Made by a program: the position numbers and the translations under genes
IMG/VR virus record: IMGVR_UViG_3300043444_000523
Span: 32,001-96,000 of that record
DNA: 64,000 nucleotides
Direction: 5' to 3' (one strand)
Source: a virus
The notes under the pieces: model-generated
What the model saw: only the letters and a program-made list of their open reading frames with translations
Told to the model about the DNA's origin: nothing
Database searches by the model: none
Shown: positions 36,173 to 45,997 of the stretch, in pieces
How positions within the stretch are numbered: the first letter of the stretch is position 1
Layout: every line of letters begins with the position of its first letter

Positions 36173-36919
36173 TCAACAAACAATCCTGCCAATGTTCCGA
36201 AACAGCCGATCATCGGCCTTGCGTTCGCGCTCTACGACTCTGTACAGGTGATCCACAAGCGGCTTGAACTCACGCATCTTGGCCAATGACTTGGCCTCGA
36301 TCTGCCGGACCCGCTCTTTGCTGATCCCAAGGTCATTGCCGATGTCCTCAAGGGTTTCTCCACCAACGAATCGCCGGACGATGATGCTGTAATACCGCTT
36401 GTCGAGGCAGAACGACATGAGGGCCTTGGTCTCTGGCGCAAGGTCTTCTGGAACTTCCTCATACTCTGGCCGATCAACAAAATCAAGCTGGTTGGCATCC
36501 CTGAACCTGGAGGATGCTTTGATCTGATTTTCGACCACTGACATTGGCAGTACGTGGATTCTCTTGATCCACTCGTGTTCTTTTGTTGCCCCGATTCTGG
36601 TTGTTGCTTTACCAGCGGCCTTATGGATGCAGTTCTTGATCCAGTGGAACGAATATGTTCCCTTTGAGGCTCCGTGAGACGGATCGTACCGGACAAGGGC
36701 CTCGCACATGCCCAAGACACCGGCCTGAATGAAGTCATCGAGCCAGTTGAGGTACAGTTGGCCTTGTTCGTGGATGTTTGTCATTGCGGCCAGGATGTAG
36801 GCGCACCTTCGGGCCTCCTTGTAGACAAGTTGCATGTTGGCCATCACCCATTCCTGATCTTCTTTGTCAAGCCTTGACTTTGGCTCTTTGGATTGGACAA
36901 TTCCTTCTGCCGATAACAT
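36173..36919 (-). CDS. Phage sigma-70-family RNA polymerase sigma factor
   Basis: Region 2 (DFIQAGVLG...YDP....TY..WI) and region 4 (TLEDIG..LGISKERVRQIE). Confidence 0.9.
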   Translation of the reverse strand: MLSAEGIVQSKEPKSRLDKEDQEWVMANMQLVYKEARRCAYILAAMTNIHEQGQLYLNWLDDFIQAGVLGMCEALVRYDPSHGASKGTYSFHWIKNCIHKAAGKATTRIGATKEHEWIKRIHVLPMSVVENQIKASSRFRDANQLDFVDRPEYEEVPEDLAPETKALMSFCLDKRYYSIIVRRFVGGETLEDIGNDLGISKERVRQIEAKSLAKMREFKPLVDHLYRVVERERKADDRLFRNIGRIVC

Positions 36920-37158
36920 GGTGATCTCCTAGTCGTGCTCTGTGAAGTCGGCCAAGGGCGGGCGGATTTGTGACCGCGCCGCCCATTTTCTTTTCCGCCG
37001 CCGAGTCTAACCTTTCTCTTGTGGCATTTCAAGCAATTTCTGATGGCTAATCAGGTCTTTGGTGATCATCAATGCCAACCTGACGATTTTGTTCACTTTG
37101 AACCGCACAACGCCATCGATATTAACTATCAATGGCTGCATCGGGTGTTTTGCTGTGC

Positions 37159-37485
37159 TCATGGCTTCAGGTGCTCCCTTACATCATACGGCAGCGGAAC
37201 GTACTCGACTTTGAGTATCCAAACTTCATACGGCTTGCCAGCAGGTTGCACCGTCCCCGTTGGGCCTTTCTCAAGACTGACGAACTTGGCAAACATCCAC
37301 GGGCAGTCATGATGGGATCGCGGGATTCTCAGTCCGCCGACACCGAAAAACTCAGGCGGGACTGGCGTAGGCGACAAAAACGTGTCGGGCTTCACATCAC
37401 CTAGTATGCTCCGCACATGATTCCACGGCATCACACCGTCGTAAGACAGCATAGATATGCTGTCTTTTAAGACTGACCCTCTCAC
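37159..37485 (-). CDS. Hypothetical protein
   Basis: Coupled to the upstream ORF. Confidence 0.45.
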   Translation of the reverse strand: MRGSVLKDSISMLSYDGVMPWNHVRSILGDVKPDTFLSPTPVPPEFFGVGGLRIPRSHHDCPWMFAKFVSLEKGPTGTVQPAGKPYEVWILKVEYVPLPYDVREHLKP

Positions 37486-37868
37486 GGCTTCGCCTCCATA
37501 GGAAACATTTCATCCAATTCCTTTTGGAACTCCTCATCGGACTGCTCAGGAAACGTCCGATGAGCCGGGTTGAGTATCTGGTTCTCGATTGCCGTCTTCT
37601 CGGCCTCGGTCTTGTTTCCAATGCCAATCAGCATGTCAACCGCGTACATGGCCGAACACGCCATTGAGAGAATGTCACCGAACTGCGGATTCGTCTGATC
37701 GAACTTGGCATGGAAGTCGTCGCCTTCTCGACCGGCGCAGAACTCGACAGACTCAATCGTTTCACGGCTCGCATAGCAGCTGGTCTTTGGCCGCTTCCAA
37801 TTCAGCCTAACCCACAACGACCGGCGGCCGTCAGTGAGGCCAATCTGTGTCCACGAATCGTCAGGCAT
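37482..37868 (-). CDS. Hypothetical protein
   Basis: ORF in operon. Confidence 0.5.
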   Translation of the reverse strand: MPDDSWTQIGLTDGRRSLWVRLNWKRPKTSCYASRETIESVEFCAGREGDDFHAKFDQTNPQFGDILSMACSAMYAVDMLIGIGNKTEAEKTAIENQILNPAHRTFPEQSDEEFQKELDEMFPMEAKP

Positions 37869-37875
37869 GGGCCAC

Positions 37876-38337
37876 CTAGTCGATGAGGAACAGCTTCACG
37901 TTGACCGTGGAGCCAGAGTAGTTGCCTATGGCTATACTATCGACTGCCTCCATCGTTGGTTCACTTCCGCCCGTAATTAGGGTTGTGTTCGCTGCCGGAA
38001 GTATCGAGCCATACCCACAGAGCCAGAATGGGAAGTACGGCCTGATCTTGTGCGTCACGTTCCCGGTCTGCCCGATCAACTGAAGGTAGATGATCTGGTC
38101 GGCCCAGCAGTACAGGTAGTCGAAGTCCACCGGGTAGTTGGAATCCTCGTCCCACAGAGTCCGCACCGTGGCCGTTGGCACTTGGCCAACGAACGGGTAG
38201 ACGAGTCCGGTGACGGTCGGGCTCTCAGAGAACGAGTACAGTTCATCAGGCGAACTGTCGGATTCGCCCTGGTTGGCGGCGAAGGTTGTGCCGTTGATCT
38301 CGATCTCGAATCGAGAGACGATGCCTAAGTTTGCCAT
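37876..38337 (-). CDS. Hypothetical protein with structural-protein-like composition
   Basis: Beta-rich, MAN start. Confidence 0.55.
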   Translation of the reverse strand: MANLGIVSRFEIEINGTTFAANQGESDSSPDELYSFSESPTVTGLVYPFVGQVPTATVRTLWDEDSNYPVDFDYLYCWADQIIYLQLIGQTGNVTHKIRPYFPFWLCGYGSILPAANTTLITGGSEPTMEAVDSIAIGNYSGSTVNVKLFLID

Positions 38338-38519
38338 GAGACTTTGCCTTTCTGATCAAGCCTGTGAAACAATGCAAGACACGCCAACCCGACCACTTCA
38401 GGAGCACCATGCTTCTTGTAGTTGGCCACAGTGTTCCTATGCAGGCCAAGCAATGAAGCTGCCTCACCGTCGCCTATGCCCATCGAGAGCATCCACTTTA
38501 CAAAGTCTTCGGCACTCAT
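38325..38519 (-). CDS. Small HTH DNA-binding protein
   Basis: EAASLLGLHRNTVANYK. Confidence 0.7.
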   Translation of the reverse strand: MSAEDFVKWMLSMGIGDGEAASLLGLHRNTVANYKKHGAPEVVGLACLALFHRLDQKGKVSWQT

Positions 38520-38575
38520 TTGCACAATTTTAGTGCATTTTGCGGCGGTGGACATCACAAATTTTGTGCATTCGG

Positions 38576-38857
38576 CTAGTTGCGGTCGTCATGGTCTGTT
38601 TCGCCTCTGAAGTGCTCTCCAAGTCCGGCAGACGACGCTTGGCCATGAACGGCATGGATTTCCTCGAATTTCTGGTAAAAACTCCCTGGTTGCCCAGGCA
38701 GGTTGCTGCCGGTGCAGGCATAATCGTGGTCGCTCGCATGTGGGCAACGCTTGTTGCCGCACGTCGGACACCTTGGCATTTGCCGCTCAAGCAGGTTCGG
38801 CGTTCTCTCATGAACACACCGGACACACATGCAATCAAGAAGGTCAGACATGGCCAT
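38576..38857 (-). CDS. Small Cys/His-rich phage protein
   Basis: CMCVRC...CPTCGNKRCPHASDH...CTGSN.PGQPGS. Confidence 0.6.
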   Translation of the reverse strand: MAMSDLLDCMCVRCVHERTPNLLERQMPRCPTCGNKRCPHASDHDYACTGSNLPGQPGSFYQKFEEIHAVHGQASSAGLGEHFRGETDHDDRN

Positions 38858-39530
38858 TGCTCCCGTTCGTAGATAGCCCGTGTGCAACACCATTTAGCGT
38901 AGGACGCACGATCTCGGCTTCAGGTAGCGGAATAGCGACTCTGGACTTAATATCGGCCAGTAGGGCCAATAGACCGGCTTTGTGGGTGTCTACTTCGGCG
39001 AGTGACAAGCCGCCAGAGGTCAGGTCGATTTTCTGGGCCGGACGTTGGTTGTCTGGCATGATGGCATACTTGTCCTCGATGGCCGACAGATGGGGGTGCG
39101 GATCACGGAGTTTGTAAGTGACTTCGCCGTCTTTGGTTATGGTGATACCGGCGATCATACGCCGGGCTTCTCGTGGTATCTCGTGTATGGGTTTGGACTT
39201 GCCGTTTTCGTCGAATAGATCGGCTGGGTCTTGGTACGCTATTTGTTGCCGGATTTTCCTTGTGCGCTTGTATTCTATGGCCATTTGGGCGGCTTCGTGG
39301 TCCTTGACGTGCTGCTGGACTTCTTTGAGGTACGCGGCCACATCTGGACGTTTGAGTAGTGAGTAGGCTCGCTGTTGCGCTTGCTTGTCGGTTTGGGCGG
39401 TGAAGCCAGCTTGCTTGTAGGCGCGGGCTCTGTTGCCGGTGGCGATGTAGATGTGGACGAAGTTGGCGTATCGCCCCCTGAGAGTGTTGAACTTCTTGGG
39501 CTTGATCGGGTTTGGTTCTCGTTCAGACAT
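38844..39530 (-). CDS. terS: Terminase small subunit
   Basis: FV..Y...GN...AY..AGF...AY.LL..P.V..YL HTH, IAY.DP.DLFDE.G. Confidence 0.85.
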   Translation of the reverse strand: MSEREPNPIKPKKFNTLRGRYANFVHIYIATGNRARAYKQAGFTAQTDKQAQQRAYSLLKRPDVAAYLKEVQQHVKDHEAAQMAIEYKRTRKIRQQIAYQDPADLFDENGKSKPIHEIPREARRMIAGITITKDGEVTYKLRDPHPHLSAIEDKYAIMPDNQRPAQKIDLTSGGLSLAEVDTHKAGLLALLADIKSRVAIPLPEAEIVRPTLNGVAHGLSTNGSNGHV

Positions 39531-39539
39531 GGTGATGAC

Positions 39540-41045
39540 CTACTGTTTGGCCTCTTGGGTGTTCACTTGAACATGCGGCTTGGCCTGCTCGATGATTTGG
39601 CAGACATCGGCTTCATAGAATTGGGCAGACATCTCGACACTGGCCGTGACAACGCTCGGCTTGGCCATGTCACAGATGATGGAGAGCTTGGTTACGCCTT
39701 TGGGGTTGATGCCGAGTGTTTTACAGAGCATTTGTCCGAATACGGATGATACGTTGAATTTCGCCTTGGGCTCATTTTTTGCTGGAGTCGCAAACGGGTC
39801 TTTGATCATGATAGGACTGCCGCAGCCATCCTCAAAAGAAATAAAAGAGTGCTCGCTTTTTAAAACAACGACTTTCACCCCGTAAACAAAGTCTGTTAGG
39901 CCATACTTGGCGTTTGTACTTTCAAAGAACTTCTCTCCCCAGTAGTTCCTTACATAGTCTCTGATCTCGTGCGTCCTTGACAGATCGAGCGCTGTCATCT
40001 CGCCGCCTATTATCATCAATATGCCTTCACTTGTTGGCCTTCTGAAATGCCTTGCAACATATCCAAGAGAGTTGTTTATTGCCATGAATCCAGGCGATCT
40101 AGGGTCAGCGCTGGCATGTGGCCAACCACTTACCATCCTTAGAAAATCTCCGTGTAAAATTTCAGTTGACTCTTCTTTCTGACTGAGCGAGCGGAATGGG
40201 TCTTTGATTACGGCATTTTTGACATCGCCGTTAGTCATTTTGGCACAAATCAAAATGCCGTCCACCTTCCCTTTATCTTTTTTGATAATTATCTCTAATC
40301 CGTACAAGAAGTGCGGTAGCCCCCATGCGGAGTTTGGCCAGACGTATTTGGCACCGTTGACCCGTGGCTGGTCTCCGACATACGTGGTGCGAATGTGTTC
40401 TCTCACTTCGTCTGTTTTTGAAAGAAGGCCAGCAGTTCTCTGGTCAATCTTCATAGAGACCTGCACAGGCGTCTCGCCGTTTGTAATAGAGGCGATGGCA
40501 ATGTGAAGCGTTCTTTTGATTTCCAAGTAGTGCGGCGAATTAGGATCAGCATTTGCCTGCGTCCAGTCAAATGATAGTTCTGGAGTTTCATCGAATGCTT
40601 TTACTTGTCCAAGCATCCTCAAGATTTCCTTGCGAATAATATCGGCGCTCAGCCCCTCTGCTTGCAGAGCCTCAGAAGCAAGACCTTCTGGCTCACGGAT
40701 AAGGCCAAGCAATAAGTGCTCAGTCCCCACATAGTTGTGATTGAGGCTTCTGGCTTCCTCAATCGAGCATTCGATCACTTTTTTCACAAGAGGAGTATGC
40801 GAAAGTCTCCCCATCATCGCCGTCTCCAACTTTGGGCCGGTTTGGGCAATTGCTTCCACTCTCGTTTCGATCTTTCGGAGATCGATGTCGAGGTTTTTCA
40901 AGACATTGGCAGCTACTCCTGATCCTTCCTTGACCAGCCCCAGCAAAATGTGCTCGGTGCCGATGTACTCGTGGCTTAGACGTTGGGCCTCTTGGTTGGC
41001 CAGCTGCATCACCTTGCGAACCCTGTCGGTAAATCGTTCATACAT
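39540..41045 (-). CDS. ClpC N-terminal (double Clp-N) domain fused to two major-capsid-like repeats
   Basis: MYERFTDR...HEYIGTEHILLGL and HNYVGTEHLLLGL; no AAA module; aa 159-284 and 307-418 align with capsid aa 157-290. Confidence 0.85.
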   Translation of the reverse strand: MYERFTDRVRKVMQLANQEAQRLSHEYIGTEHILLGLVKEGSGVAANVLKNLDIDLRKIETRVEAIAQTGPKLETAMMGRLSHTPLVKKVIECSIEEARSLNHNYVGTEHLLLGLIREPEGLASEALQAEGLSADIIRKEILRMLGQVKAFDETPELSFDWTQANADPNSPHYLEIKRTLHIAIASITNGETPVQVSMKIDQRTAGLLSKTDEVREHIRTTYVGDQPRVNGAKYVWPNSAWGLPHFLYGLEIIIKKDKGKVDGILICAKMTNGDVKNAVIKDPFRSLSQKEESTEILHGDFLRMVSGWPHASADPRSPGFMAINNSLGYVARHFRRPTSEGILMIIGGEMTALDLSRTHEIRDYVRNYWGEKFFESTNAKYGLTDFVYGVKVVVLKSEHSFISFEDGCGSPIMIKDPFATPAKNEPKAKFNVSSVFGQMLCKTLGINPKGVTKLSIICDMAKPSVVTASVEMSAQFYEADVCQIIEQAKPHVQVNTQEAKQ

Positions 41046-41642
41046 GATTTCCTAGTCCTTTCGTTGCAAAGAGGTCTATCTCATGGCTTGTCCGCTTCTT
41101 GCTTGTTGTCATCATTCTTGATGCCAAGCCGACGTTCGGCCCAGCGCAACAATGCGTATACCACGCCTGCCACTGGAACGCCCAGAGACTTTACCACTTC
41201 GTCCTGGTCGATCTTGCTGGCGAGAATCCAGAGCGGCGCAACACATATGACGCCGACAACGCCTATCTGAACCGTGGGCCAGAAGTGTTTATGTTGGTAG
41301 AATTTAATAGTGGCTTACCTCAGTGTTGATAGCCGATGCGTTTCATCGAGCCTGCTTCCGTTTCCAGAAGTCTTACTGGCTCTCCGCGCCCGCGCCTAAA
41401 AGCACGGCCACGAACTATCATAGCCGCAGCAACATCCCGGTTACAGGATAATCCGCACCATTTGCACGAGTTCCGATCACCTAGTTCGGTGTGGCGGTCC
41501 AGATTGCGACTATTCCGCCATGCCAACGCAAGGTAAAGGAGGCGGTCCATGTTGGACCTGAGAAGAGCCGCTTATTGACAACGGCTGTCTCTGTTTTCGC
41601 CCGGCCAGTGTTAGCGCACCGACCGGGCTATTGAAGCGGCAA

Positions 41643-41714
41643 GCCCACGTAGCCTAATGGAAAGGCACCCTGTTCGTACCGGGAGCTATGTGGGTTCAAA
41701 TCCTGCCGTGGGCA
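41643..41714 (+). tRNA. tRNA-Thr(CGT)
   Basis: Cloverleaf: GCCCACG/CGTGGGC, D-stem GCCT/AGGC, loop TT-CGT-AC, T-loop TTCAAAT; CCA not encoded; one anticodon-stem mismatch. Confidence 0.8.
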
Positions 41715-41779
41715 GTTTTCAAACCGTGCGCAGACCGTGCGCGCTTCACTACATAGCATAAGGACGCGAAGCGGTGCAT

Positions 41780-42028
41780 TCAACTCAAAAACGCTACTGT
41801 CTTGCCCCGATCTTCCAATTCTTCCCGCGCGGACCGCCGTAGCCGATCTCGCATCCACTCGGATAGCTTCTTGCCGTCTTGCTCCGCAGCATCGACAAAC
41901 GCCTGTTTTTCGGCGATACCGACGCCGCCGATTGCCCGCAACTTCCGGCACTTGTCGCCAAGACGGCAGATAACTTCAAGATAGGTGAAGTGTCAGCAGA
42001 CAAGGCTTACCTGTCGGTCGAAAAAAGG
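41780..42028. pseudogene. Remnant of a DDE IS element: transposase fragment (+, 41915-42028) abutting an RHH-like fragment (-, 41780-41912)
   Basis: DCPQLPALVAKTADNFKIGEVSADKAYLSVE; EKQAFVDAAEQDGKKLSEWMRDRLRRSAREEL. Confidence 0.6.
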
Positions 42029-42067
42029 CACACGTGGCGATCTCCCACGGTGCAATGAGCGCCTTGG

Positions 42068-42310
42068 CTAGTCTTCGAGGCGTTCAAGCCATCCGGGTCG
42101 GCATATTGCTGTAACGCAAGTACCGGCCCCGGCTTCTTCCCCGTTTCGGTCGAAGATGATTTCGCGGTTCCCAAATGGCAAATCACCGTATACGCGAAAA
42201 CGTAACATCCCGTTCGGGTCAACTTCAAATTGAAAAGCTAAACCTGATGCCTGGTCTTCAACTATCTGTTCTTTGATCGTCCATGATTTGGCGTCGGTTT
42301 TCAACGACAT
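42068..42310 (-). CDS. Hypothetical protein
   Basis: GGAGG RBS. Confidence 0.55.
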   Translation of the reverse strand: MSLKTDAKSWTIKEQIVEDQASGLAFQFEVDPNGMLRFRVYGDLPFGNREIIFDRNGEEAGAGTCVTAICRPGWLERLED

Positions 42311-42488
42311 GATATTCCTCCGATTGCGGCCAATAATCTGAATTCGCAGTTCTTCAGGCTGTCAACGTACAGCATCACGCGGCACATCTGGCGGCGCATG
42401 CTATCCGGCATCGTCGGCATTCCTTTTGCGCACCTGACAATCTCTTCCCACCACAGTTCAAACACGCAATCGCCTGATTTCATTTATT

Positions 42489-42938
42489 TCACCGGAAGAT
42501 GAACACGATGTCTTTCCGCCCGCCCTCGCCCGGCTCGCACTCCGGGAACCGATACACCGGGATCGCCAGCGGCATCTGGCCGCGATAGTACGAACGCGGC
42601 CCCAACGCCCATCGAAACTCGACTAGCTTGCGCTCGAATGCTTCCCATGTCGTTGGCGGCAGCACGTTTGGTTTACCGTGGCTGAGCTTCCAGCGCCATT
42701 CCTGCAACGTCGCCAGTTCGCGCCATAGGTACGCTCGATAGCAAGCATCGCATTCCCACTCGCAGTCATGCCGATGAACCGGATGCTCTTTGAGCCAGCC
42801 TACATGCTGTTCGGCTGCGGTTGCGCATCGTTGGGCATGTCCAAGGTTCGGCAGGAATACAAGATCATCTGGATGGACGGGCAGGCACAGCATTGCCACG
42901 ACTTCCATCATGCCTCGATCCCCATTGCCTTGACGCAT
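42489..42938 (-). CDS. Hypothetical protein
   Basis: ORF in operon; start uncertain. Confidence 0.45.
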   Translation of the reverse strand: MRQGNGDRGMMEVVAMLCLPVHPDDLVFLPNLGHAQRCATAAEQHVGWLKEHPVHRHDCEWECDACYRAYLWRELATLQEWRWKLSHGKPNVLPPTTWEAFERKLVEFRWALGPRSYYRGQMPLAIPVYRFPECEPGEGGRKDIVFIFR

Positions 42939-43324
42939 TCGGCCATTTCGTCGAATGCCTTTGTGCCGATCACTCGCCGCAGGCTTGTGGCCTCTGCCCG
43001 GCCCCTGGTATTAGCATACCGCAAAGCGTCCACGATGTCTTTGCCGATCTTCTCTTCGTCGTCTATGACAGCCGGGCTCAAGTAGTCGCAAAGAATATCG
43101 TACAATAGCCAGCTGATCGATGGAGTTGCATATGGATGATCAGAGAAGCACTGCTTGGTCCAGATTCGGCCACGGCATACAACCCTGGCAATGTGCTTGA
43201 ACTTAAATGAGTTTGCCCATGCCGGAATCTTGTCAAAGTGCTTGGCCTCCCGATAGAGAAGAGAAACCCTGTGCCGCATGGCAATAATGCTCAGATCGGC
43301 AAGGCACAAGTCGAATTCATCCAT
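42908..43324 (-). CDS. Hypothetical protein
   Basis: GGAGG RBS. Confidence 0.5.
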   Translation of the reverse strand: MDEFDLCLADLSIIAMRHRVSLLYREAKHFDKIPAWANSFKFKHIARVVCRGRIWTKQCFSDHPYATPSISWLLYDILCDYLSPAVIDDEEKIGKDIVDALRYANTRGRAEATSLRRVIGTKAFDEMAECVKAMGIEA

Positions 43325-43698
43325 GACAGCCTCCTTGTTATCCGTCTTCTGGAATAGTAACCCCAGCTTCGATGTCCTTGAGTTTGCCGCCTTCTCCAAA
43401 TGTACAAGCCAACTCGACTTCGCAATCGTCACCGTAGGAGTTGGCGACCCACTCCTTGATGATTTTTTCTATATCGGCATTATCTAGTATGATCTTCACT
43501 TTTTCTCCATCAAAACCTGAGTCTCGCACTGTGGGCAAATCACATGAGGGGACGACGATTTCACACCATTAACCACGCCGCCCCAATGCAACTCATTCGG
43601 CTCGCACGCCAACTCAGCCTCGCAGTTCGGGCACTTGCCGACGTATTTGATGCGTTGCTCGATAACCTTCCCAAGTTTCACTTGCATTTTGGCTCCAG

Positions 43699-44442
43699 TT
43701 AGTCAATGAAAATACGGCGTTTCAAAGGCGTCTCAGGAGAAACCGGCTTCGGCCTCTCCTCGTGAATCTTCATGCCTTCGGCCTTGAGGATCGCCTGCAC
43801 AAGAATCCGAAGAACATCGCGCTTCTGCTTGCAAGCGTACAGGTCTTTGTAATTGATGACGGCCACTTTCTGAACGCCGTTCCGCTTCCACTTGATCTTG
43901 ATCTTTTTGTCGGACTCAAGGTTGTGGAAGTCGAAGTCAACGCCCTGGAATTCGCCCGGCAAAACTGAGTAGATCAAATCGGCGTCAACGCCGAAGAATG
44001 ACTTCTTCTTGGACTCTTCGGCAAGACGCGCCGCTTTGGCCTCTTGCTGTTTGATCATCATTTCCCTGATGTACTCAGATTGGTTCCTCCCCAATGTAAA
44101 ACTGCCTATCCATTCTGGCATGGCAACGATTGGCCCATACACGATTGACTTGAAATCGTCTTTGGGAGTGGCTGTAGTCGTTGACCACTGTTTCCCTATC
44201 TCTTCAGATGCCATATCCACGCCCTCCAAAGCGGCCTGCTTCTCCATGAACTCAGCCCGCATCGCCAAAGCCTCTCTGTATGCCCAACTGTATGAGTCAT
44301 CTGCTTTCAAGATCGACGGAGGCACGCCTAGTCCAGAGTCCAATCCGGCCATCGCTTCCTTAAAAGCATCACTGGCGATGCTTGTTGCGTCAATTGGCTC
44401 ATAACCCCATTTCGGATTCTTGATCTCCACATATGCCATCAC
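43699..44442 (-). CDS. Hypothetical protein
   Basis: GGAGG RBS, coupled start. Confidence 0.55.
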   Translation of the reverse strand: MMAYVEIKNPKWGYEPIDATSIASDAFKEAMAGLDSGLGVPPSILKADDSYSWAYREALAMRAEFMEKQAALEGVDMASEEIGKQWSTTTATPKDDFKSIVYGPIVAMPEWIGSFTLGRNQSEYIREMMIKQQEAKAARLAEESKKKSFFGVDADLIYSVLPGEFQGVDFDFHNLESDKKIKIKWKRNGVQKVAVINYKDLYACKQKRDVLRILVQAILKAEGMKIHEERPKPVSPETPLKRRIFID

Positions 44443-44873
44443 TTGACCTCCACAGAGACTCCATACGGCAGAATGAAATACGGACTCGGCGGCGTCTGAA
44501 CCAACTGTTTCTTGATGTCCTTGATGACTTCGTTCAGATCAATGCCGGGCTCTGCCGTGAACTCGAAAATCCTCTTGTCCTGCCCAAGCATGATCGCTTT
44601 TTGCTTGACGAGCGGCTTCGGCTCGTCAAGCTGAATATCGGCGCATTTTGCGACGATTTCGGTAATAGGCGCGACTCGCGCCGATTTATCGCCTGTGTTT
44701 TCCAGTGTTTTCTCGTGGGTGTCTGAAATCGACTTTGGCTCAGACTTCTTTTCCGCGTCTGTCGGATGAGCCTTCTTGGGATCAGGCTTTTCGGAAATAG
44801 GCGCGAGTTGCGCCGATTTCGAGTCCGGCTTTGCCTCTGTCTTAACTGGGGCTTTTTCAACTTCCGTTGCCAC
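44439..44873 (-). CDS. Lys/Glu/Pro-rich hypothetical protein carrying three palindrome copies
   Basis: GGAG RBS before GTG; SAQLAPI and SARVAPI peptides. Confidence 0.55.
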   Translation of the reverse strand: MATEVEKAPVKTEAKPDSKSAQLAPISEKPDPKKAHPTDAEKKSEPKSISDTHEKTLENTGDKSARVAPITEIVAKCADIQLDEPKPLVKQKAIMLGQDKRIFEFTAEPGIDLNEVIKDIKKQLVQTPPSPYFILPYGVSVEVK

Positions 44874-44880
44874 GGTTCTC

Positions 44881-45633
44881 CTATCCGGCCAATGCTTGTT
44901 TGGCCTCTTGGACATACTGCTGGACAAGTTCGACGCTTGCTGAGTTACCGAGAAACTTTTGAATCTCTTCCGGCTTCTTTGCCGACCTTCCATGAAGCCC
45001 TGTCAGCCATTCTATGACAAACCGACCTGGGCCGCGCATAGAGTGAAACTTTTCCGCCATTGTCTTCGGCTCTTCGTCGGGATTAACAGAAGACAACGTG
45101 TTGAGCAAAAAAGAGCTGTAGGCATCATTGACGCAGAAGACTCCGGCCTTCACTAATTCCTTGCGTTTCCTTGCGAAAGACCGGCGAAACGCCAGCTTGA
45201 CTCCGCCGTAAGAGTATGACTTCCACGACAGCTTCTTGCCTATTTTGTTTGGCTTCCAATACCGAGCGGCATTGATTATGGCATCATGGGCTATGGTGAG
45301 AAGGTCTTCTTCGGATAAGATGCCATTGGCAAGTTTCTTGGCGAGCTGTTGGGCCACTGGATATGCTTCGGCCACAAGTTCTGACTGCGACTGCGTTAGC
45401 TTTGGGGCGCTCTTCTTTTTCCTGAACTCGCTTACGGCTATCAAGTGGACGCCGTTCGCACACGGCCTCTCCACCTTGTCCATGATGATGCCGTATTCCT
45501 GGCGAATCTTGCGGACGGTATCCCTTCCTATGCCGAGAAGCCTTCCGGCCCTGGCATGTCCCTTATGCTTCAGATCGTCTGTTCTCAAGGCAGAAGCAAA
45601 CGAATCAGTCTGTTCCCTGGTAAATCCGGCCAC
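44881..45633 (-). CDS. Second sigma-70-like factor with N-terminal HTH
   Basis: EDLL..A..AI..AA..W.P......SY region-2-like; AGRLLGIGRDTVRKIR HTH. Confidence 0.6.
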   Translation of the reverse strand: MAGFTREQTDSFASALRTDDLKHKGHARAGRLLGIGRDTVRKIRQEYGIIMDKVERPCANGVHLIAVSEFRKKKSAPKLTQSQSELVAEAYPVAQQLAKKLANGILSEEDLLTIAHDAIINAARYWKPNKIGKKLSWKSYSYGGVKLAFRRSFARKRKELVKAGVFCVNDAYSSFLLNTLSSVNPDEEPKTMAEKFHSMRGPGRFVIEWLTGLHGRSAKKPEEIQKFLGNSASVELVQQYVQEAKQALAG

Positions 45634-45997
45634 GCAAACTCCATGCGGCTATGGTAAGTTCCTTGGCTTTTTCAAACGCTTTGCTTACATCCTTGGCCCC
45701 GTAATGCCAATGCCGGTATGCTGCGGCCCTCATGAACTCGTCCACTGACAATTCCAAAGCGGCAATGTATTTGTCGTTTTCGGCACGAACTTCGTGCAGC
45801 TTATGCCGCAAGGCCACGCACTCCGCGCATGGTTCACCGGGTCGAATCATAATGCGGAGTCTATCGCACTCTACCCGTCGTGTCCAGAGAATTTTGAAAT
45901 ACACCTAGACGCGGTTCCGAAAAGTGATATGCTATCGAATAACACTAGCCGCGAAGATCGGGCAGTTGATTACGATGATTTAACACAGGAGAGGCAC

